A stretch of DNA of 64,000 bases from Candidatus Eiseniibacteriota bacterium (GCA_963792585.1 CAWBWI010000003.1:1184001-1248000); one strand, 5' to 3'. Counted from the stretch's first letter, positions 1 to 21,168 are shown. A program made the numbers and translations. Notes: generated from the letters alone by a model not told the origin.

Positions 1-909
1 ATGGCCGGCACGGTCACCGAGGCCGTCGGCGCCCTGACGCGCGCGACCACGGCGCTCGGGGAAGGAAAGCTCGATTACCGGATCCCGATCGCGGGAAAGG
101 ACGAGCTCTGGACCGTGGCCGGTTCCTTCAACGAGATGGCCGACGGCCTACAGCGCATGCGCCAGATGGAACTCGAGACGGAGCGACTGGAGGAGGAACT
201 GCGGCTCGCGCGCCAGATCCAGACCCGCCTCCTTCCCGCGTCCGCCCCGGTGCTGGAGCACATGGAGCTGGCCGGGAAGAGCCTCCCCGCGCGAGAGGTC
301 GGGGGCGACTACTTCGACTACATCCTTCTGCCCGACGGTCGGATCGGTCTCGCGGTCGCCGACGTCTCGGGCAAGGGCGCCGGCGCTGCGCTCTTGATGT
401 CCAGCTTTCGGGCCTCCCTACGCAGCCAGGACCTCGCCCGCCTGGGACCCGCGCAGACCCTGGCCGCCCTGAACCGCTTCGTCTGCTCGAGCGTCGATCC
501 GGGGAAGTTCATCACGGCATTCCTCGCAGTTCTCGACCCCCGCACCGGCGAAATCCTGTACGCCAACGGGGGGCATGAGCCTCCGGTCCTCGTGAAGGAC
601 GGCAAGACGGTCTGCGAGCTTTCCGACGGCGGTCTCATTCTCGGCGCATTCGCGCACGCGGAATACCAGGAGGGATCGGTCCGCATGCCCTCCGGCTCAC
701 TCCTGGCGATCTTCACGGACGGGGTGACCGAAGCGCAGAACATGGAGGGGGACTTCTTCGGCAACGATCGCCTGCTGGATGTGCTCGGCTCCCGGATCAA
801 GGATGACTGTCCCCACCTGCTCGATCGGATCCTCGTGGAGATTCAGTCGTTTGCCGGAGAAGCCCCGCAATCCGATGACATCACGCTGCTCCTGGCCCGG
901 ATGAACTAG
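1..909 (+). CDS. HAMP + SpoIIE/RsbU-type PP2C phosphatase (probably 5'-truncated by window)
   Basis: HAMP-like N-terminus; VGGDYFD, ADVSGKG, FTDGVTEA, DDITLL motifs. Confidence 0.9.
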   Translation: MAGTVTEAVGALTRATTALGEGKLDYRIPIAGKDELWTVAGSFNEMADGLQRMRQMELETERLEEELRLARQIQTRLLPASAPVLEHMELAGKSLPAREVGGDYFDYILLPDGRIGLAVADVSGKGAGAALLMSSFRASLRSQDLARLGPAQTLAALNRFVCSSVDPGKFITAFLAVLDPRTGEILYANGGHEPPVLVKDGKTVCELSDGGLILGAFAHAEYQEGSVRMPSGSLLAIFTDGVTEAQNMEGDFFGNDRLLDVLGSRIKDDCPHLLDRILVEIQSFAGEAPQSDDITLLLARMN

Positions 910-1100
910 CGACGGGCGTGGATGCGTTTTGTCCGCCCGGTTCGAATGGCCTGAGGGGGGTTTCCTTCCAACCCAGCATGCGCCTCTTGCCGCATCCCGC
1001 GGGGAAACGCTAGTTTCGTAGCTTCCAGGGTTTGGATCCCCCTCGGCCGACGGCCGATCGGGGAGGAAAGCCGCCGCACCCGCCGAGGAGGGAATCCGGG

Positions 1101-2544
1101 ATGAGCCTGAAGGTCTACGACAACCTCACCAGGGAGAAGAGGGCTTTCGAGCCGGTCTCGTCCGACCGGGTGGGGATGTACGTCTGCGGCATGACCGTCC
1201 AGGACAAGCCCCACGTCGGCCACATGCGGGCGGCTCGTCGTCGGAGATCTCCTGCGGCGCTATCTCATGCGGACAGGGTATAAAGTCATGTACCTCAACA
1301 ACTTCACCGATATCGACGACAAGATCATCGAGCGGGCGAAGGAGGAGGGGACGGACTACAGGACCATCGCCCGCAGGAACATGGATGCCTATCTCGACCA
1401 CGTCGGGAAGCTCGGGATCCTGCCCTGCCGACGTGTATCCCCGCGCGACCGAGCACATCCCCGAGATCCTCGACCATGGTCGGAGATGCTCGAGCAGAAG
1501 GGCTTCGCCTACGCTTCGCGGCGGTGATGTCTACTTCCGCGTCGAGCGCAGCCCCGACTACGGGAAGCTGAGCGGTCGCCGGATCGAGGAACTGCGCGCG
1601 GGCGCGCGGATCGAGGTCGGCGAGCACAAGGAGAGCCCGCTCGACTTCACCCTCTGGAAAGGGGCCCGCGAAGGGGAGCCGTCGTGGCCGAGCCGGTGGG
1701 GACCGGGCCGCCCCGGCTGGCACATCGAGTGCTCCGCCATGGCGATGAAGTACCTCGGAAATCACTTCGATTTCCACGGCGGCGGACTCGACCTGATCTT
1801 CCCGCACCACGAAAACGAAATCGCCCAGTCGGAGTGCGCGACCGGGGAGCCGTTCGCTAAGTTCTGGGTCCAGAATGGATTGGTCCTCCTCGGCGGGGAG
1901 AAGATGTCGAAGTCGACGAAGCACTTCTTCCTCATCGAGGACGTCTGCGTCCAGGTGGAGCCGCGGATCGTACGCTTCTACCTGCTCTCGACGCATTTCC
2001 GCAGTCCGATCGAGTTCAGCGAGGAGCGACTCGCCGAGGCGGGGGTCGGTCTCGGCCGTCTCACCGGCGCCCTGGATGCGGCCGCCGAAGCCCTGGGCGG
2101 TCGATGCCGGCGCCGGCCCGAACAGCCGGTGTCCAAAGAAGATGCGGGATCGGCGGAGGCGCGGGAGGCGATCCGGGCCTTCGACGAGGCAATGGACGAT
2201 GACTTCAACACGCGAAGGCGATCGGCCACCTGTTCGATCTCGCCCGTTGCGTCAACCGTTGGACCGGGGAGCGGGAGACCGCCGAGACCAGGGCGGCCGT
2301 CTCGGGTGCCGCCCGCGTGATTCTCGATCTATCGGGAATCCTCGGATTGGATCTGCTGACGCGGCAGGAGCTTTGCATCCCCTGCCGCCATCGAGGACCT
2401 CGCCCGCCAGCGGACCGAAGCCCGTGCGGAGATCGAAGGACTGGCAAGGAAGCGGACAACTCGTCTGATAGGGACGCCATCCTGGCCGAGGGGTACCTCC
2501 TCGAGGACCGCGAAGGGCGTACACTCGTTCGTCCGAATCGCTGA
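1101..2544 (+). CDS. cysS: Cysteine--tRNA ligase (several apparent frameshifts)
   Basis: MYVCGMTVQDKPHVGH, NFTDIDDKII, GRPGWHIECSAM, DLIFPHHENE, KMSKS, DDDFNT across frames. Confidence 0.93.
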
Positions 2545-2801
2545 CGGCGGCCCGTCCGGTGTCCTCGGGGGGAGTCGGCGCATCCCGCTGCACGCCGGAT
2601 GTTTCGTTGACACGAACTTGGCGCGGTCATTTGGACAGCCGTAACTCTTCCGACGACGAAGTCTCGGCACATGGCTGGCGTTCCGCTCGTCTTCCTGAGG
2701 TGAACCAGCACATCGTGCACCCGGTGGACTCCGATCCGCCGGGATCGGCCAGAGGAGCGTGCACGCCCGTTTTTGCGGACGCCGGGGTGGGGGTTTAGAT
2801 T

Positions 2802-2877
2802 GCTGGCGTAGCTCAGTTGGTAGAGCAGCTGATTTGTAATCAGCAGGTCGGGGGTTCAAATCCCTTCGCCAGCTCCA
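2802..2877 (+). tRNA. tRNA-Thr(UGU)
   Basis: Cloverleaf; anticodon loop TTTGTAA; encoded CCA. Confidence 0.96.
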
Positions 2878-2989
2878 GGTCGTCCTGAGTACGTGCAGCC
2901 GACCCGGCATTTACTTCCCCGAAGGAAGGCGAAAGCCGGGGCGATGCGCGGACTGCACATTGCCTGATGAGGGGAGGTGTGTCGAGTTC

Positions 2990-3072
2990 GGGGAGGTTCC
3001 CGAGTGGCCAAAGGGAACAGACTGTAAATCTGTCGGCGATAGCCTTCGAAGGTTCGAATCCTTCCCTCCCCA
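2990..3072 (+). tRNA. tRNA-Tyr(GUA)
   Basis: Anticodon loop CTGTAAA, long variable arm, GGTTCGAATCC; CCA not encoded. Confidence 0.96.
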
Positions 3073-3134
3073 AGTTTGCGACTCAGAGCCGCGTGTTACA
3101 GGGAACAGTGAAGCGATCTCGGATGGTTCGAGGC

Positions 3135-3210
3135 GCGGGAGTAGCTCAGTGGCTAGAGCGTCAGCCTTCCAAGCTGAGGGTCGCGGGTTCGAATCCCGTT
3201 TCCCGCTCCA
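3135..3210 (+). tRNA. tRNA-Gly(UCC)
   Basis: Anticodon loop CTTCCAA; encoded CCA. Confidence 0.96.
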
Positions 3211-3221
3211 GATTTGACTGC

Positions 3222-3294
3222 GCCCACGTAGCTCAGTCGGTAGAGCATTTGCATGGTAAGCAAAAGGTCACCAGTTCGATTCTGGTCGTGGGCT
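3222..3294 (+). tRNA. tRNA-Thr(GGU)
   Basis: Anticodon loop ATGGTAA; canonical Thr-Tyr-Gly-Thr-tuf order; CCA not encoded. Confidence 0.95.
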
Positions 3295-3413
3295 CAGCTT
3301 CCGTCGTCTGCGGTCTCGTTAGGGGAATCGTCCCGGGCGGGGCGGAACCCACCGCCGTCGCGATCGATCGTCGCCGATCCAGCGGCGCGTCCAAGGAGGA
3401 TTGACTCGGAGCT

Positions 3414-4606
3414 ATGAGCAAGCAGAAGTTCGAGAGGACGAAGCCGCACGTGAACGTGGGGACGATCGGTCACGTGGACCACGGGAAGACGACGCTGACG
3501 GCGGCGATCACGATGGTGTTGTCGCAGGACGGATTGGCGAGCGTGCGGACGTTCGACTCGATCGACAACGCGCCGGAAGAGAAGGCGCGCGGGATCACGA
3601 TCGCGACGGCGCACGTGGAGTACGAGACGACGAACCGGCACTACGCGCACGTGGACTGCCCGGGCCACGCGGACTACGTGAAGAACATGGTCACGGGCGC
3701 GGCGCAGATGGACGGAGCGATCCTGGTGGTGTCGCGCGGCGGACGGTCCGATGCCGCAGACGCGGGAGCACATCCTGCTGGCGCGTCAGGTGGGCGTGCC
3801 GTACATCGTGGTGTTCATGAACAAGGTGGACATGGTGGACGATCCGGAGATCCTGGACCTGGTGGAGCTGGGAGTTCGGGACCTGTTGAAGAAGTACGAG
3901 TTCCCTGGCGACGAGATTCCGATCATTCGGGGCAGCGCGCTGCAAGGCGATGCAGGATCCGACGGACGAAGAGGCGAAGAAGTGCGATCCTCGAGCTGAT
4001 GGAGGCGGTGGACCGTACATTCCGACGCCGGTGCGCGAGATCGACAAGCCGTTCCTGATGCCGATCGAGGACGTGTTCTCGATCACGGGCCGCGGGACGG
4101 TGGGGACGGGGCGCGTGGAGCGCGGGAAGGTGAAGACGGGCGACAAGGTGGAGCGGGTCGGCCTGCGGGAGACGAAGGAGATGGTGGTGACGGGTGTGGA
4201 GATGTTCCGGAAGCTCCTGGACTACGCGGAGGCGGGGGACAACATCGGGTTGCTGCTGCGCGGGGTGGAGAAGGACGACCTGGAGCGTGGGATGGTGCTG
4301 TGCGCGCCGAAGAGCATCACGCCGCACAAGAAGTTCAAGGGGAAGGTGTACATCCTGTCGAAGGAAGAGGGCGGACGGCACACGCCGTTCTTCAACGGGT
4401 ACCGGCCGCAGTTCTACTTCCGGACGACGGACGTGACGGGGGTGTGCAAGATCCTGGACGAGCGGGAGATGGTGATGCCGGGCGACAACGTGAATCTGGA
4501 GGTCGAGCTGATCACGCCGATCGCGATGGAGAAGGAGCTGCGGTTCGCGATCCGCGAGGGCGGCCGGACCGTCGGCGCCGGCGTCGTCACCGAGATCATC
4601 GAGTAA
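3414..4606 (+). CDS. tuf: Elongation factor Tu, copy 1 (apparent frameshifts)
   Basis: [34 protein letters not shown]. Confidence 0.96.
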
Positions 4607-4626
4607 GGCATCGGGAAGGAACGATC

Positions 4627-4777
4627 ATGCGCGACAAGATCACGCTGGCCTGCAACGAGTGCAAGCAGCCGCAACTACCAGGACGACAAGAACAAGAAGC
4701 TCCATCCGGACCGGGTCGAGTACAAGAAGTACTGCCCGTTCTGCCGGAAGCACACGCCTCACAAGGAAACGCGCTAG
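4627..4777 (+). CDS. rpmG: 50S ribosomal protein L33, Zn-ribbon type (apparent frameshift)
   Basis: [13 protein letters not shown]...[17 protein letters not shown]. Confidence 0.92.
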
Positions 4778-4846
4778 GCGTTCGTGGCGGGCCCGCCGAT
4801 CCATCGGCGGGCGTTGCGTTCGGCGTCGCGAGGCGGAGGCGGTTCG

Positions 4847-5035
4847 ATGTCGGTGTTCGAGAGGTTCAAGAGATTCCTGGGCGAGGTGAAGGTCGAGTCG
4901 ACCAAGGTCACCTGGCCCACCCGTGATGAACTGCGCGAGTCGACTACGGTCGTCTTGGTCGCCGTCTTCATCATCTCGGTCTTCATCTACATCGTCGACA
5001 TCGCAATCAGCAAGGTCGTCCAGGCCGTCCTCTAG
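4847..5035 (+). CDS. secE: Preprotein translocase SecE
   Basis: EVKVESTKVTWPTRDEL plus one TM helix; upstream of nusG. Confidence 0.93.
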   Translation: MSVFERFKRFLGEVKVESTKVTWPTRDELRESTTVVLVAVFIISVFIYIVDIAISKVVQAVL

Positions 5036-5064
5036 GGACCGCGCCGGAGCGGAGACGATTCTAG

Positions 5065-5597
5065 ATGAGCAAGAAGTGGTACGTGATCCACACCTATTCG
5101 GGTCACGAGAACAAGGTCCGAGCGAACCTCGAGAAGGCGATCCAGTACGCCCAGCTTCAGGACAAGTTCGGCGAGATCCTCGTCGCGACGGAGAACTTCG
5201 CCGTTCTGAAGAACGGCAAGAAGACGATCACCCGCCGCAAGACATTCCCGGGCTACGTGCTGGTCGAGATGGAGATGAACGAGGAGACGAAGGCACCTGG
5301 TCACGAACATTCCGGGCGTCACGCACTTCGTTCCGCGATGAGAAGAGCCCCGCGCCGCTGACCGAGACGGAGGTCGCCGAATTCGTGGGACACGCGGCGC
5401 CGGAGCGCGAGCGTGTGACGGCCGAGGTGCCGTTCAAGGTCGGCGAAAGCGTGAAGGTCACCGACGGGCCGTTCTGCGACTTCGTCGGAACCGTCGATGA
5501 GATCAACACGGATCGCGGCAAGGTCCGGGTGATGGTGAGCATCTTCGGGCGCGCGACGCCCGTCGAGCTGGATTTCATGCAGGTGCAGACGATCTAG
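5065..5597 (+). CDS. nusG: Transcription factor NusG (apparent frameshift)
   Basis: WYVIHTYSGHE, FPGYVLVEM, KOW motif, IFGRATPVELDF. Confidence 0.95.
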
Positions 5598-5653
5598 CCG
5601 GCCGGGGAGGAACCCCGTGAGGTTCCGCCCGCACCCGCTGGCAGGAGGAGAGC

Positions 5654-6083
5654 ATGGCGAAGAAGGTAGTTGCGGCGATGGTGAAGCTTCAGATTCCCGC
5701 GGGGAAGGCGAATCCCGCGCCGCCGGTCGGACCGGCGCTGGGGCAGCACCAGGTCAACATCATGGAGTTCTGCAAGCAGTTCAACGCCGCGACGCAGAAC
5801 CAGCCGGGAATGATCATTCCCGTCGTCATCACGGTCTACAAGGATCGGTCGTTCAGCTTCGTCATGAAGACCCCGCCCGCGGCGGTCCTCCTGAAGAAGG
5901 CCGCCGGGATCGCCTCCGGATCCGGCGAGCCGAACAAGACGAAGGTGGGCACGGTCTCGATGCAGCAGGTCCGCGAGATCGCCGAGCTCAAGATGCCGGA
6001 CCTGAATGCCAACGATCTCGACGCCGCCGTTTTGATGATTGCCGGTACGGCCCGGAGCATGGGGATCGTCGTCGAAGTCATAA
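5654..6083 (+). CDS. rplK: 50S ribosomal protein L11 (end approximate; stop apparently out of frame)
   Basis: [29 protein letters not shown]. Confidence 0.94.
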
Positions 6084-6085
6084 AA

Positions 6086-6118
6086 GCCGGAGGGGATGCG
6101 GCGCCCCGCAAGGGAGGG
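6086..6118 (+). promoter_or_regulatory. Candidate L1-binding autoregulatory RNA element overlapping the rplA SD
   Basis: CC-GGA-GGGG-loop-CCCC-GCAA-GG resembles the L1 operator internal loop, in the rplK-rplA spacer. Confidence 0.4.
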
Positions 6119-6122
6119 ATGG

Positions 6123-6837
6123 ATGGGACAGTTCGAAGGGCAAGAGACTCAACAAGGCCCGTGAGGAGGCTGCGAAGGTTCAGGGACGCGAAACCTGACC
6201 GAGGCCGTCGCGTTCGTGAAGGCCCACGCCACTGCGAAATTCGACGAGACGATCGAGGTCGCCGCGCGGCTCGGGGTCGATCCGAAGTATGCGGATCAGA
6301 TGGTCCGCGGCACGGTCGTGCTGCCGCACGGCACCGGCAAGACGGTCAAGGTCCTCGTGATCGCCAAGGGCGAGAAGATGAAGGAGGCCGAGGCCGCCGG
6401 TGCCGATTTCGTGGGAGCTGAAGACATGGTCGCCAAGATTCAGCGACGGATGGCTCGATTTCGATCGCGTCATCACGACGCCGGACATGATGGGCGAGGT
6501 CGGAAAGCTCGGTAAGATGCTCGGTCCGCGCGGGCTCATGCCCAACGCGAAGACCGGCACCGTCACGTTCGAGATCGAGAAGGCGGTGCGCGAGGCCAAG
6601 GCCGGCAAGATCGAGTTCCGCGTCGACAAGGCCGGCAACCTGCACGTCGCCGGTCGGGAAGGCGTCGTTCGCGCCGGAGCAGATCGAGGAGAACATCCGT
6701 TCCTTCCTCGTCGGAGGTGGTTCGTTTGAAGCCGCCGGCGGCGAAGGGGCAGTACTTCCGCAGCCTCACGGTCAGCTCGACCATGGGACCGGGGATCCGG
6801 GTGGACATCGCCTCGGCAGCCCCGGCGACGAAGGTAG
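6123..6837 (+). CDS. rplA: 50S ribosomal protein L1 (apparent frameshifts)
   Basis: [38 protein letters not shown]. Confidence 0.94.
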
Positions 6838-6848
6838 GGGGATTCGCC

Positions 6849-7412
6849 ATGAAAATGAGAAAGCCCGAAAAAGCAGAGCGGATCCGCGAGATGACCGATC
6901 ACATGAACTCGGCGAAGGGCGTCTATCTCGCCGACTTCACCGGTCTCACCGTCGAGAAGGTCAGTCTTCTTCGTCGGGAGATGCGCAAGTCGGGCGTTCA
7001 CGTCGAGGTGATCAAGAACACACTTCTCCGTTTCGCCGCGCGCGAGACGGGATACGATGCGTTGCTCCCGCACATTCAGGGTCCCACCGCGGTTCTTCTC
7101 CCGACGAAGGAGGAGGTTGCTCCGGCGAAGATCCTGGATGCGTTCATTCGGGAACACAAGCTCCCCGCCGTGAAGATTGCCTGTCTCGACGGCAAACTCT
7201 ACGACGAGGATGACGTCAAACAGCTCGCGAAGCTGCCCCCGCGGGAGGTCCTGCTGGGCCAGTTCCTCCGCGTGCTCCAGGGCCCCCTGACCCAGTTCGT
7301 CGGCGTGCTCAACGCACCGCTGCGCGATCTGGCAAACGTCCTGGATCAGGTGTCCAAGAAGAGGGGGCCTGAAGCCCCGGTTGCGCCGGTTTCCGGCCAG
7401 GAATCTCAGTGA
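6849..7412 (+). CDS. rplJ: 50S ribosomal protein L10
   Basis: [22 protein letters not shown]. Confidence 0.93.
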   Translation: MKMRKPEKAERIREMTDHMNSAKGVYLADFTGLTVEKVSLLRREMRKSGVHVEVIKNTLLRFAARETGYDALLPHIQGPTAVLLPTKEEVAPAKILDAFIREHKLPAVKIACLDGKLYDEDDVKQLAKLPPREVLLGQFLRVLQGPLTQFVGVLNAPLRDLANVLDQVSKKRGPEAPVAPVSGQESQ

Positions 7413-7427
7413 GGGAGGATTCGAGAA

Positions 7428-7812
7428 ATGTCTGAGCACGGTCACAAAAGATCAGGTTCTGGACTGGGTCCGGAACGCCTCGATGGTTGACATCGCCAAC
7501 ATCGTCAAGGAAATCGAAACCGAATTCGGCGTTACCGCGGCCGCGCCCGTCATGGCGATGGCTGCCGGGGCCGCGGCGCCGCGGCCGAGGTCGAGGAGAA
7601 GACCGAGTTCGACGTCGTCCTCACAGAGCGCCGGCCCGCAGAAGCTGCAGGTCATCAAGGTCGTTCGCGAGCTGACCGGTCTCGGTCTGAAGGAAGCCAA
7701 GGAGCTCGTCGACAACGCTCCGAGGGTCCTGAAGGAGAAGGTCTCCAAGGAAGAGGCCGAGACCTTGAAGGCGAAGCTGACGGAGTCCGGTGCCGTCGTG
7801 GAGATCAAGTAG
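7428..7812 (+). CDS. rplL: 50S ribosomal protein L7/L12 (apparent frameshifts)
   Basis: [38 protein letters not shown]. Confidence 0.94.
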
Positions 7813-7849
7813 GTAAGGCCTAGGGATCGGTGATCGAAGGGGGTTTTCC

Positions 7850-11739
<3,890 letters not shown>

Positions 11740-11746
11740 TGATACC

Positions 11747-16187
<4,441 letters not shown>

Positions 16188-16238
16188 GACAAAGAGTTGC
16201 GGGGGTTCCGTCTTCCGCTCCCGAATGGTACTTCGAGG

Positions 16239-16267
16239 TTGACGATCGACCCGCGGGTCTGTAAATT
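16239..16267 (+). promoter_or_regulatory. sigma70-type promoter of str operon
   Basis: TTGACG-17nt-TAAATT about 60 nt before rpsL. Confidence 0.6.
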
Positions 16268-16327
16268 CACAAATCTGTCCGCCTTCCGCGGGGGGTGGCG
16301 GACACAAGAAGGAATGGTGGTTCGAAC

Positions 16328-16702
16328 GTGCCTACGCTGAGCCAGCTGATTCGTAAGGGCAGATCGCGGATTCGCCGCAAGACGTCGGCGCCCGCGCTCA
16401 AGGCGTGCCCGCAAAAGCGCGGTTTTTGCACGCGCGTCTACACGTCCACACCGAAGAAGCCGAATTCGGCGCTTCGCAAGGTCGCCCGCGTTCGTTTGAC
16501 GAACAATATCGAGGTGACCGCTTACATTCCCGGAGAGGGACACAACCTGCAGGAGCACTCAATCGTCCTGATCCGTGGCGGACGTGTGAAGGATCTCCCG
16601 GGTGTGCGTTACCACATCATCCGCGGTGCCCTGGACGCGAGCGGCGTAGAGAAGCGAAATCAAAGCCGCTCCAAGTACGGCACCAAGCGGAAGAAGAAGT
16701 AG
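16328..16702 (+). CDS. rpsL: 30S ribosomal protein S12
   Basis: [34 protein letters not shown] start. Confidence 0.97.
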   Translation: MPTLSQLIRKGRSRIRRKTSAPALKACPQKRGFCTRVYTSTPKKPNSALRKVARVRLTNNIEVTAYIPGEGHNLQEHSIVLIRGGRVKDLPGVRYHIIRGALDASGVEKRNQSRSKYGTKRKKK

Positions 16703-16709
16703 GTCGACC

Positions 16710-17180
16710 ATGCCGAGGAGAGGTGCGTTCCACCGCAACGAGTTGCTTCCGGATCCCAAGTTCGGCAACGTCTTGGTGACCCGGATCGTCAACAGCATCA
16801 TGAAGAAGGGCAAGAAGAGCACTGCCGAGGCCATCCTCTACGGCGCGATCGAGGTCATCGAAAAGAAGACCGGCCAGGATGGCCTGAGCATCGTGAAGCA
16901 GGCTCTCAACAACGTTAAGCCCAACTTGGAAGTAAAGAGCCGGCGCGTCGGCGGTGCGACCTATCAGGTCCCCGTCGAGATCAAGCCGGAGCGTCGGACG
17001 GCGCTGGCCCTGCGCTGGATTCTCCAGTACTCGGCCTCCAGGCCCGACCACTCTATGAAGGAGAAGTTGGCCGCCGAGCTCATGGCAGCGGCCAAGAACG
17101 ATGGGGGAGCGATCAAGAAGCGGGACGACACGCACCGCATGGCCGAGGCGAACAAGGCCTTCGCCCACTACCGCTGGTAG
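16710..17180 (+). CDS. rpsG: 30S ribosomal protein S7
   Basis: SRRVGGATYQVP, MAEANKAFAHYRW. Confidence 0.97.
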   Translation: MPRRGAFHRNELLPDPKFGNVLVTRIVNSIMKKGKKSTAEAILYGAIEVIEKKTGQDGLSIVKQALNNVKPNLEVKSRRVGGATYQVPVEIKPERRTALALRWILQYSASRPDHSMKEKLAAELMAAAKNDGGAIKKRDDTHRMAEANKAFAHYRW

Positions 17181-17475
17181 CGGGATCGGAGCGTGACCCG
17201 GACGCCTGAACGGGCGCCCATCCTCATCGAATACCGTCGCGAGCCCTCAGGAACCTCACCAGCCGTGGGGTGCGGAGGGGACAAGCAGATATCGGACCGT
17301 CCGCATCCCGGTCCTCCGGGAAGGCGGCAACTCGCGGCGCAGGGGCCCCACAGGGCTGAACGGTCCGGAAAAGCTTTGGGTCGATTGTCTCGAAGCTGAA
17401 CAAGACGAAGATCGAACCTGGGCGGCCCCGCGAATGGGTCCGTACCGGTTGAAGGCTCTTTCCGAAGGAAGGTCT

Positions 17476-19557
17476 GTGCCGACTCATGCTCCTATCAAGA
17501 ACCTGCGAAACATCGGGATCATGGCCCATATCGACGCAGGCAAGACCACGCTCAGCGAACGGATCCTGTTCTTCACAGGAAAAGTCCATCGCATGGGCGA
17601 AGTGCATGATGGCGCTGCCACCATGGACTGGATGGCGCAGGAGCGGGAGCGGGGCATCACGATCACCTCGGCGGCGACCACATGCGACTGGAAGGACCAT
17701 TTGATCACGCTCATCGACACGCCCGGGCACGTCGACTTCACCGTTGAAGTCGAGCGGAGTCTTCGCGTGCTGGACGGCGCGGTCGCGGTCTTTTGCGGTG
17801 TCGGCGGGGTCGAGCCTCAGAGCGAGACGGTTTGGCGCCAGGCGGACAAGTACCGGGTTCCGCGGCTCGCCTTCGTCAACAAGATGGACCGCAACGGTTC
17901 CGACTTCTTCGCCGCGGTCCGAATGATGCGAGAGCGCCTCGGCGCCCATCCGGTCCCGATCCAGATTCCGGTGATGGTGGGCGACATCTTCCACAGCATC
18001 ATCGACCTCGTCGAGATGGTCGAAATCAACTACGTCGAGGAACATGGCCTTCCCGTCAGCCAGGAACATCCGATCGATCCCGACCTGCTGAGCTTCGCCG
18101 AGGAGCACCGGATCCGCATGCTGGAGGCCCTCGCCGAATACAACGATGAGCTGCTCGGAGCGCTATCTCGATCGCCATGACCTGCCGGTCGAGCTGATCA
18201 AGCAAGCGATCCGCCAGGGAACCCTCGAGGCCAGGATCACGCCGGTTCTTTGCGGTTCCGCCTACAGGAACAAGGGTGTCCGCCGCCTGCTCGATGCGGT
18301 GGTCGACTACCTTCCCTCGCCGGCCGACATGCCGCCCGTGGTGGGTGAGAATCCGGATACCCTCGAGCGCGAAGAGCGCGCTCCGACGATGGAAGAGCCG
18401 ATGAGCGCCGTCGTCTTCAAGATCATGACGGACCCCTATTCGGGCAAGCTCGCGTTCTTCCGTGTCTACTCAGGCCGACTCGCGACGGGCGACACGATGG
18501 TCAATGTCGGGAAGGGCATCACCGAGCGAATCGGCCGGATCGTCCGCCTCCACGCGAATCAGCGGGAGGAGTGCACCGAGATGTCGGTCGGCGAGATCGG
18601 GGCCCTGGTGGGGCTGCGCAAGGCCACGACCGGCGACACGCTCGCCGAGCGCAGCGCACCCGATCCTGCTCGAGAAGATCGTGTTCCCGGAGCCGGTTCT
18701 GGCCGTTGCGATCGAGCCGCACAGCAAGGCCGACCCGGACCGGCTCTCGATTGCGCTCGAAAAGCTGTCCGAGGAGGATCCTTCCTTCCGGGTGCGGACG
18801 GACGAGGATACGGGCCAGACGGTGATCTCCGGCATGGGTGAGCTGCACCTCGAGATCCTCGTCGACCGGATGAAGCGTGAACACAACGTGGCGGCGAACG
18901 TCGGACGCCCTCAGGTCTCCTACAAGGAGACGATCACGCAGGCAACCGAGGCCCGCGGGCGCTTCGTCAAGCAGACGGGCGGCCACGGGCAGTACGGAGA
19001 CGTGCAGATCCGGATCGAGCCGGCCCCGGGGCAGGGCTTCGTCTGGGAGAACGCGATCGTCGGCGGCACGATCCCGCGCGAGTTCATCGCGCCGATCGAA
19101 CGCGGGCGTCAAGGAAGCGATGCAAGACGGCGTCGTCGCCGGTTACCCGATGGTCGACGTCAAGGTGACCCTGCTCGACGGGTCGTACCACGAGGTCGAC
19201 TCCTCCGAGATGGCGTTCAAGGTCGCAGGTTCGATGGCTTTCCGTGAGGCGGCCCACAAGGCCCGCGCCCGGTCTGCTCGAGCCGGTCATGGATGTCGAA
19301 GTCGGTCGTTCCGGAAGCCTACGTCGGCGAGGTGATGGGAGATCTGCTCGTCGCGACGGGGGAAGGTCGGCGGCATGTTCGAGCGGGGCGATGCGCGCGT
19401 CGTCGCGGCCCATGTCCCGCTCTCCGAGATGTTCGGTTACGCGACGAAGCTTCGCTCGATGACACAGGGACGGGGGATCTACTCGATGCAGTTCTCCCGG
19501 TACGACTTCATGCCCGAGGCACTTGCCGAAGAGGTGATCAAGAAGGTCAAGGGTTAG
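17476..19557 (+). CDS. fusA: Elongation factor G (apparent frameshifts)
   Basis: [40 protein letters not shown]. Confidence 0.96.
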
Positions 19558-19618
19558 AGCCGTCCTGCGCCGCGACAAGCCCGCGCAGATGGTCCTGCAT
19601 GGGAGGAATGAGGAAGTT

Positions 19619-20809
<1,191 letters not shown>

Positions 20810-20835
20810 CTCGAACCTCGGAAGGAGCGACAGAG

Positions 20836-21144
<309 letters not shown>

Positions 21145-21168
21145 GCCCGAAGGAACGCAAGGAGACGA

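Noticed and set aside
2607..2680. Promoters for the tRNA cluster (TTGACA at 2607; GG-N10-GC near 2665)
   Set aside because: No correctly spaced -10, and a poor -12 element
3248..3264. A32 in the tRNA-Thr(GGU) anticodon loop
   Set aside because: Known in other bacterial Thr(GGU) tRNAs
6717..7412. L1-L10 fusion ORF (and L11 read-through ORF 5654-6421)
   Set aside because: TAG/TAA lie one base out of frame at the expected ends in an indel-rich region, and SD-like sequences precede the downstream ATGs
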